Source: Escherichia coli (lineage in GTDB: Bacteria > Pseudomonadota > Gammaproteobacteria > Enterobacterales > Enterobacteriaceae). Taken from it: 3,540 bases of DNA. A program made the position numbers and the translations under genes. Shown here one piece after another: positions 1 through 3,540 of this stretch; the first letter of the stretch is position 1, and each line of letters begins with the position of its first letter. Where the stretch lies: assembly GCF_003334255.1 (NCBI RefSeq), contig NZ_QOWU01000119.1. The stretch is one strand, 5' to 3'. Under the pieces are notes generated by a model, which ran no database searches, was not told the DNA's origin, and saw nothing but the letters and a program-made list of their open reading frames with translations.

Positions 1-243
1 CATAAACCGGTGCAGTACTATCCCGGGAAACATCCGTGCGAAAAACCGGCAGAAATGCTGCAGCAGATAATCAGCGCGAGCAGTCGTCCGGGTGACCTGG
101 TTGCAGATTTCTTCATGGGGTCAGGTTCGACAGTCAAAGCAGCGATAGCGCTGGGACGTCGTGCAACTGGCGTTGAGCTGGAGACTGAGCGTTTTGAGCA
201 GACGGTCAGGGAAGTTCAGAATTTAGTCAGTCAGAACGGATGA
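1..243 (+). CDS. DNA methyltransferase (N6-adenine/N4-cytosine type), C-terminal fragment; 5' end lies upstream of the window
   Basis: Frame 1 is open from base 1 to the TGA at 241-243. The translation ...HPCEKPAEMLQQIISASSRPGDLVADFFMGSGSTVKAA... carries the HPxxKP motif followed by the FxGxG AdoMet-binding motif (D-x-F-M-G-S-G-S-T) typical of this methylase family. The ORF-track start at 10 is an internal GTG, not the true start. Confidence 0.8.
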   Translation, partial: HKPVQYYPGKHPCEKPAEMLQQIISASSRPGDLVADFFMGSGSTVKAAIALGRRATGVELETERFEQTVREVQNLVSQNG

Positions 244-245
244 TA

Positions 246-274
246 TTGCAGAATTAGTTACGTACCGTTATTAT
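246..274 (+). promoter_or_regulatory. Candidate sigma70 promoter for the tRNA pair
   Basis: TTGCAG at 246-251 (3/6 to TTGACA), 17-bp spacer, TATTAT at 269-274 (5/6 to TATAAT). The predicted start (about 281) is just upstream of the first tRNA at 284. Pattern match only. Confidence 0.3.
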
Positions 275-283
275 CCTATGCCC

Positions 284-359
284 GGCCCTTTAGCTCAGTG
301 GTGAGAGCGAGCGACTCATAATCGCCAGGTCGCTGGTTCAAATCCAGCAAGGGCCACCA
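284..359 (+). tRNA. ileZ: tRNA with anticodon CAU, tRNA-Ile2 (lysidine, AUA-decoding) type; 76 nt with encoded CCA
   Basis: Manual cloverleaf: acceptor GGCCCTT (284-290) pairs with AAGGGCC (349-355), discriminator A356, CCA 357-359. D-arm GCTC/GAGC; anticodon loop CTCATAA with CAT at 317-319; T-loop TTCAAAT. The sequence is close to E. coli ileX as I remember it. The symbol ileZ is by analogy with Stx-phage tRNAs and is tentative; from the anticodon alone an elongator tRNA-Met cannot be excluded. Confidence 0.8.
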
Positions 360-368
360 TATCACATA

Positions 369-445
369 CCGCCATTAGCTCATCGGGATAGAGCGCCAGC
401 CTTCGAAGCTGGCTGCGCGGGGTTCGAGTCCTCGATGGCGGTCCA
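369..445 (+). tRNA. tRNA-Arg, anticodon UCG; 77 nt with encoded CCA
   Basis: Manual cloverleaf: acceptor CCGCCAT (369-375) pairs with ATGGCGG (435-441), discriminator T442, CCA 443-445. U8 present; D-arm GCTC/GAGC with ATCGGGATA loop; anticodon stem CCAGC/GCTGG; loop CTTCGAA with TCG at 403-405; 5-nt variable loop; T-stem CGGGG/CCTCG (one G-U); T-loop TTCGAGT. Confidence 0.75.
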
Positions 446-501
446 TTATCTGCATTATGCGTTGTTGGTTCTGATGAGTGAATCATTGTCTTTTGAGCAA
501 C

Positions 502-523
502 AGGCTATCATATAAGATAGCCT
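502..523. repeat. Perfect 8-bp inverted repeat (hairpin) in the tRNA-to-ORF spacer
   Basis: AGGCTATC (502-509), 6-nt loop atataa, GATAGCCT (516-523). It is not followed by a T-run, so it is not a canonical terminator; it could be an RNA processing structure or a protein-binding site. Confidence 0.5.
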
Positions 524-723
524 CAGACTTCCTTGTTTATTCTCGCCGGATGCTTCGTAGATATTTGCAGGCATCTGTATGCAGGGGTATTATTGCGGCA
601 TATATCATCCGGAAAAATAAAAACTACATGCTGATCCGGAGATGATAGTTACAAGTCCTCCCGGATCCCGCATATTTACTATATTTTATAGATAATTGTT
701 CTTGTTAATATGGAGATGGATAA

Positions 724-1152
724 ATGTATTGCCGTGCTGTACCAGTTCTTGTTTTGATATTAGCCAGTCTGACAACTGGCTGCACAAAAGATGTATCGAC
801 AAATAATTATGATGCTTCTCTGTATCACTCAGATAAATTAATAAAGTCGCAAAATTTGAGCTCATCGGAACGTACCCCTGATGCCAGTGAAGAAATCAGG
901 CAGTATGCCATTCAGGTCAGGAAAGCCATAGAAGAACAGTTAAAGGATGCGAGTAAGTATTCAGGAAAAGAGTGTTCACTGAGAATGTATATGGCCCCGA
1001 ATGGTCTTCTGCTACAGGTTAAAAGAGAAAGCGGTGATCCCGATTTATGTCGTGAAGCGATGAATGCAGTAAAGAATGCTGATATACCATCACCACCGTC
1101 TTCAGGAGTATATAAAGCATTTAGAAATGGCGTGCTGGATTTTAAACTCTGA
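724..1152 (+). CDS. Predicted lipoprotein with a TolA C-terminal (domain III)-like domain; prophage cargo gene
   Basis: ATG 724 to TGA 1150-1152, 142 codons; GGAG at 712-715 is a plausible Shine-Dalgarno. N-terminus MYCRAVPVLVLILASLTTGC has a hydrophobic core and a lipobox-like TTGC with Cys20 and Thr at +2. A Ser/Thr/Asn/Asp-rich linker follows. The C-terminal 85 residues or so (YAIQVRKAIEEQLKDASKYSGKECSLRMYMAPNGLLLQVKRESGDPDLCREAMNAVKNADIPSPPSSGVYKAFRNGVLDFKL) align by eye with remembered E. coli TolA-III (...YAGQIKSAIESKFYDASSYAGKTCTLRIKLAPDGMLLDIKPEGGDPALCQAALAAAKLAKIPKPPSQAVYEVFKNAPLDFKP), including both Cys (codons 973-975 and 1048-1050), the GDP-x-LC motif and the terminal LDFK. GC is about 30-42% here versus more than 50% in the flanking genes. 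Confidence 0.8.
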   Translation: MYCRAVPVLVLILASLTTGCTKDVSTNNYDASLYHSDKLIKSQNLSSSERTPDASEEIRQYAIQVRKAIEEQLKDASKYSGKECSLRMYMAPNGLLLQVKRESGDPDLCREAMNAVKNADIPSPPSSGVYKAFRNGVLDFKL

Positions 1153-1155
1153 CAG

Positions 1156-1175
1156 GGGGAGAAGATTTTCTCCTG
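1156..1175 (+). terminator. Weak stem-loop immediately after the 724-1152 stop codon
   Basis: GGGGAGAA (1156-1163), loop GATT, TTCTCCT (1168-1174). The downstream tract tcctgatgattttgg is only moderately T-rich, so this is a possible weak intrinsic terminator or mRNA-stabilising hairpin. Confidence 0.3.
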
Positions 1176-1328
1176 TCCTGATGATTTTGGGGCGCTGGAA
1201 AGATATTGTGCTGTGAAGTGTTAAATTCCTCACAATTCAGTAAGTTGACAGTTGCCTGTCAGACTGGGCATTTGTTAAAAAAATTTCGCATGGTGAATCC
1301 CCCTGAGCGGAGGGGCGACTGGTGACGG

Positions 1329-1334
1329 TATAAT
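1329..1334 (+). promoter_or_regulatory. Consensus -10 hexamer TATAAT without a convincing -35
   Basis: TATAAT at 1329-1334. No good TTGACA-like hexamer lies 16-18 bp upstream (AGCGGA at 17 bp). The consensus TTGACA at 1245-1250 is too far away to pair with it and has no good -10 of its own. Confidence 0.25.
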
Positions 1335-1340
1335 CTCTGA

Positions 1341-1462
1341 TTATCAAAACGAGAATGACGCGGGTTTAGTGGCACCGGGCTGAACTCACCGGGAGGCACC
1401 CGGCACCATGTTCATGGTGATACAGAAATGCGGCTTCAGCCCCTCTCCGGAGGGGCTTTCTT
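1341..1462 (+). ncRNA. Hypothetical small structured RNA of about 120 nt, running from the candidate -10 to the intrinsic terminator
   Basis: There is no credible ORF in this interval. Consecutive hairpins: CCGGG-aggca-CCCGG (1389-1403), perfect palindrome CACCATG-tt-CATGGTG (1404-1419), and the terminator hairpin at 1438-1457 followed by a T-rich tract. Purely structural inference. Confidence 0.25.
1438..1462 (+). terminator. Rho-independent terminator, + strand
   Basis: AGCCCCTC (1438-1445), loop TCCG, GAGGGGCT (1450-1457): an 8-bp GC-rich stem followed by TTCTTAT. Confidence 0.6.
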
Positions 1463-1468
1463 ATGGAC

Positions 1469-1496
1469 AAAAAAGCCCGCGCTGGGAGACGCGGGC
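1469..1496 (-). terminator. Rho-independent terminator, - strand, back to back with the + strand terminator
   Basis: On the + strand: A6 (1469-1474), then GCCCGCG (1475-1481), 8-nt loop, CGCGGGC (1490-1496). Read on the - strand this is a 7-bp GC stem followed by TTTTTT. Confidence 0.5.
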
Positions 1497-1680
1497 GGCA
1501 AGGAATAAACAATAAAACGTGAAGTAATATTTCAGCTGGCGAATAATACCCCATAGTAATCACTCTGCGCAACTGCGCGGCCTTTTTCGTATTGCGGGCT
1601 GTAGTCTCCCTTCTGCCATTGTCCTGTAACTTCCGGACTTCAGCTCGCTCCTTATCTGACTCACAACATTATCCCGACCG

Positions 1681-1686
1681 GGAGGA
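1681..1686 (+). promoter_or_regulatory. Shine-Dalgarno sequence for the esterase gene
   Basis: GGAGGA at 1681-1686, 3 nt upstream of ATG 1690. Confidence 0.6.
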
Positions 1687-1689
1687 TTC

Positions 1690-3540
1690 ATGACATTTAA
1701 ACACTACGATGTGGTCAGGGCGGCGTCGCCGTCAGACCTTGCGGAGCGACTGACACAAAAACTGAAGGAGGGGTGGCAGCCATTTGGCAGCCCTGTGGCC
1801 ATCACGCCTTATACCCTGATGCAGGCCATTGCGGCGGAAGGTGATGTCACCACACCGGTGGTGGTGCAACCGTCGGGTGATGGTGGCGCTGTTATCAGCA
1901 CCACCAGCGAACCGGAATATTACTTTGTCATTGCGCTGGCCGGGCAGTCCAACTCGATGTCTTTTGGCGAGGGGCTGCCGCTGCCGGAGACATATGACCG
2001 TCCGGACCCGCGTATTAAACAGCTGGCGCGTCGCAGTACGGTGACGCCGGGTGGTGCCGCCTGTAAATATAACGACATCATTCCGGCAGACCACTGTCTG
2101 CATGATGTGCAGGATATGAGTAACCTGAATCATCCTCATGCAGACCTGAGTAAGGGACAGTACGGTTGTGTGGGGCATGCTCTGCATGTTGCCAAAAAGC
2201 TGCTGCCGTTTATGCCTGCGAATGCGGGTATCCTTCTTGTTCCATGTGGCCGTGGCGATTCGGGATTTACTGCGGGGGCCGAGGGGGCGTTTAACGAAGC
2301 GTCGGGAGCGACCGCAGGCTCGTCCCTGTGGGGGGCGGATAAACCGCTGTATCATGACCTGGTCAGCAGAACCCGTGCGGCCCTGAAGAAAAATCCGAAG
2401 AACGTGCTGTTATCAGTGATCTGGATGCAGGGAGAAAAAGATGTCAGTTCGGGGAGACATGCAGAACACAATGCGCTTTTCCTTGCCATGGTAAATCAGT
2501 TCCGTACGGAACTGGCAGATGTGGCAGAGCAGTGTACTGGCGGGACAACGGCCAGCGTCCCGTGGATTTGCGGTGATACCACGTACTACTGGAAGGAAAG
2601 GTATGCAGCGCCGTATGAGGCGGTTTACGGTGGGTATAAAGGCAAAGCTGCGCAGAATATTCACTTTGTGCCGTTGATGACGGATGAGCATGGTGTGAAT
2701 GTGCCGACAAACGAGCCGTCAGAAGATCCGGACATTATCCCGGCGGGATACTATGGCGCTGCGTCACGCACTGCCAGTAACTGGACGTCAGCCGATCGTA
2801 AAACGCACTTCAGTTCATGGGCGCGAAGAGGCCTTGTTTCAGACCGCCTGGCAGGTGCCATTTTGCAGTACGCCGGGCGGACATTATCGTTCCTTACCGG
2901 GCAGAGCGCACCGCAGTCGGGTGGTACAACTCCCGGTGATGATGTCAGTCCGGGGGTACCGGGTGTTGAGAAACCGCAGGATGGCGGTGTTGCTGGTACT
3001 GGTCATGATGAGGCCGTGAGCAGTACCAGGACGGTGGCTGAATATGATGCGAACAGTGGAAATGGTGTATGGACAGAGCAGCAGTGGGGGGCTGCCGGTG
3101 GCAAAGGCACTGTGACTGATGACGGTGGACGGAAAGCGCTACGACTGGAAAAACAGCCCGGTAAACTGACGTCCTGGAAAATGTTCCGTACTGTTGCAGT
3201 GGAGGAGGCAAAAAATCTTCTCAGCAAGGGGGGTGAAATTGCCGTACGGTTCAAAATTCCGGATGGAAGCGAACTGGTGAACGGACAGTTTGTCTTTGGT
3301 CTCTACTGGCCGGTGTCGCAGTGGGCGTCAGGCGCGGCAGCAAACAGTATGCTGGCATCATTCTTCCTTCAGACGGATGCATCAAATCTGAATCTTATGC
3401 ACCACAAGGGCACGTCGAATGCACAACTGGGTACATTTGGTGCGTTTGACCATAACTGGCATACGGTTGTTTTCCGCTTTGCGGGAAATAACAGCGAAAG
3501 AGTCGTTCCGGTGATTGATGGTACAGAGCAGACGGCGTTT
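1690..3540 (+). CDS. nanS-p: Prophage-type sialate (9-O-acetyl-N-acetylneuraminate) O-acetylesterase, NanS-p family; 5' partial, continues past the window end
   Basis: ATG at 1690 with a strong SD. I translated all 617 codons to the window end with no stop. The N-terminus MTFKHYDVVRAASPSDLAERLTQKLKEGWQPFG... matches the DUF1737-type N-terminal domain. It is followed by the SGNH/SASA esterase block YYFVIALAGQSNSMSFGEGLPLPETYDRPDPRIKQLAR with the catalytic GQSN serine motif, as in E. coli NanS (YjhS) and the Stx-phage paralogues. A Gly/Pro/Thr-rich linker (about 2890-3010) and a further C-terminal domain follow. Confidence 0.9.
   Translation, partial: MTFKHYDVVRAASPSDLAERLTQKLKEGWQPFGSPVAITPYTLMQAIAAEGDVTTPVVVQPSGDGGAVISTTSEPEYYFVIALAGQSNSMSFGEGLPLPETYDRPDPRIKQLARRSTVTPGGAACKYNDIIPADHCLHDVQDMSNLNHPHADLSKGQYGCVGHALHVAKKLLPFMPANAGILLVPCGRGDSGFTAGAEGAFNEASGATAGSSLWGADKPLYHDLVSRTRAALKKNPKNVLLSVIWMQGEKDVSSGRHAEHNALFLAMVNQFRTELADVAEQCTGGTTASVPWICGDTTYYWKERYAAPYEAVYGGYKGKAAQNIHFVPLMTDEHGVNVPTNEPSEDPDIIPAGYYGAASRTASNWTSADRKTHFSSWARRGLVSDRLAGAILQYAGRTLSFLTGQSAPQSGGTTPGDDVSPGVPGVEKPQDGGVAGTGHDEAVSSTRTVAEYDANSGNGVWTEQQWGAAGGKGTVTDDGGRKALRLEKQPGKLTSWKMFRTVAVEEAKNLLSKGGEIAVRFKIPDGSELVNGQFVFGLYWPVSQWASGAAANSMLASFFLQTDASNLNLMHHKGTSNAQLGTFGAFDHNWHTVVFRFAGNNSERVVPVIDGTEQTAF

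Noticed and set aside
600-670. Repeated ATCCGGA / CCCGGATCC motifs (around 608-614, 633-639, 660-668)
   Set aside because: Short 6-7-bp words with irregular spacing; they could occur by chance and I could not assemble them into a convincing operator or direct-repeat array.
446-723. Possible third tRNA gene after the tRNA-Arg, as in three-tRNA arrangements of Stx phages
   Set aside because: I could not fold any acceptor, T-arm or CCA end in this AT-rich stretch; only a simple 8-bp hairpin (502-523) is present.
710-757. 15-codon ORF (MEMDKCIAVLYQFLF) overlapping the start of the 724-1152 gene in another frame
   Set aside because: Too short, no independent SD, and the overlapping frame starting at 724 yields a protein with a clear signal peptide and domain homology.
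1245-1273. Consensus -35 hexamer TTGACA (1245-1250) as a promoter
   Set aside because: No acceptable -10 lies at 16-18 bp spacing (GGCATT, GCATTT, CATTTG), so the hexamer alone is not enough to call a promoter.
1408-1515. 35-codon + strand ORF (MFMVIQKCGF...) starting inside the palindrome
   Set aside because: The start codon is embedded in a hairpin, the nearest SD-like GGAGG is 11 nt upstream, and the frame reads through both terminators. More consistent with a structured RNA than with a micro-protein, though not formally excluded.
1366-1572. 68-aa ORF on the - strand in the spacer
   Set aside because: It runs through both intrinsic terminator hairpins, has an Arg/Pro-rich composition and no SD. 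Most likely a chance open frame in GC-rich non-coding DNA.
1732-3254. Eight ORFs of 71-207 aa from the six-frame track (1732-2355 -, 1829-2044 +, 2168-2386 +, 2413-2691 -, 2444-2710 -, 2699-3019 +, 2945-3211 -, 3003-3254 -)
   Set aside because: All lie inside or antisense to the long, uninterrupted frame-1 esterase ORF. Their translations are Arg/Pro/His-rich low-complexity strings typical of off-frame reading of GC-rich coding DNA, with no start context or recognisable motifs.
1-3540. Shiga toxin genes, CRISPR array, or insertion-sequence features
   Set aside because: The tRNA-to-esterase interval holds only the 142-codon lipoprotein ORF, with no A- or B-subunit-like frames. No regularly spaced repeats, terminal inverted repeats or transposase-like frames are visible anywhere in the window.

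Overview
This window looks like the late-region cargo (moron) slot of a lambdoid, Stx-phage-like prophage from an enterobacterium, with no stx genes present. Left to right on the + strand: the 3' end of a DNA methyltransferase gene (1-243), two tandem phage-type tRNA genes (tRNA-Ile/CAU-like 284-359, tRNA-Arg/UCG 369-445), an AT-rich island (about 450-1250) carrying one 142-codon ORF (724-1152), a structured non-coding spacer (1153-1689) with convergent intrinsic terminators, and the 5' 617 codons of a NanS-p-type sialate O-acetylesterase (1690-3540, runs off the window). The most interesting element is the 724-1152 ORF: it encodes a lipoprotein-type signal peptide followed by a domain that matches the C-terminal domain III of TolA as I recall it, including both disulfide cysteines. 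TolA-III is the periplasmic hub used by group A colicins and filamentous-phage g3p, so a prophage-encoded lipid-anchored copy is a plausible decoy/exclusion or envelope-modulating factor. All calls are from reading the sequence and from remembered family motifs; no database search was run, so I cannot say whether this is previously undescribed.
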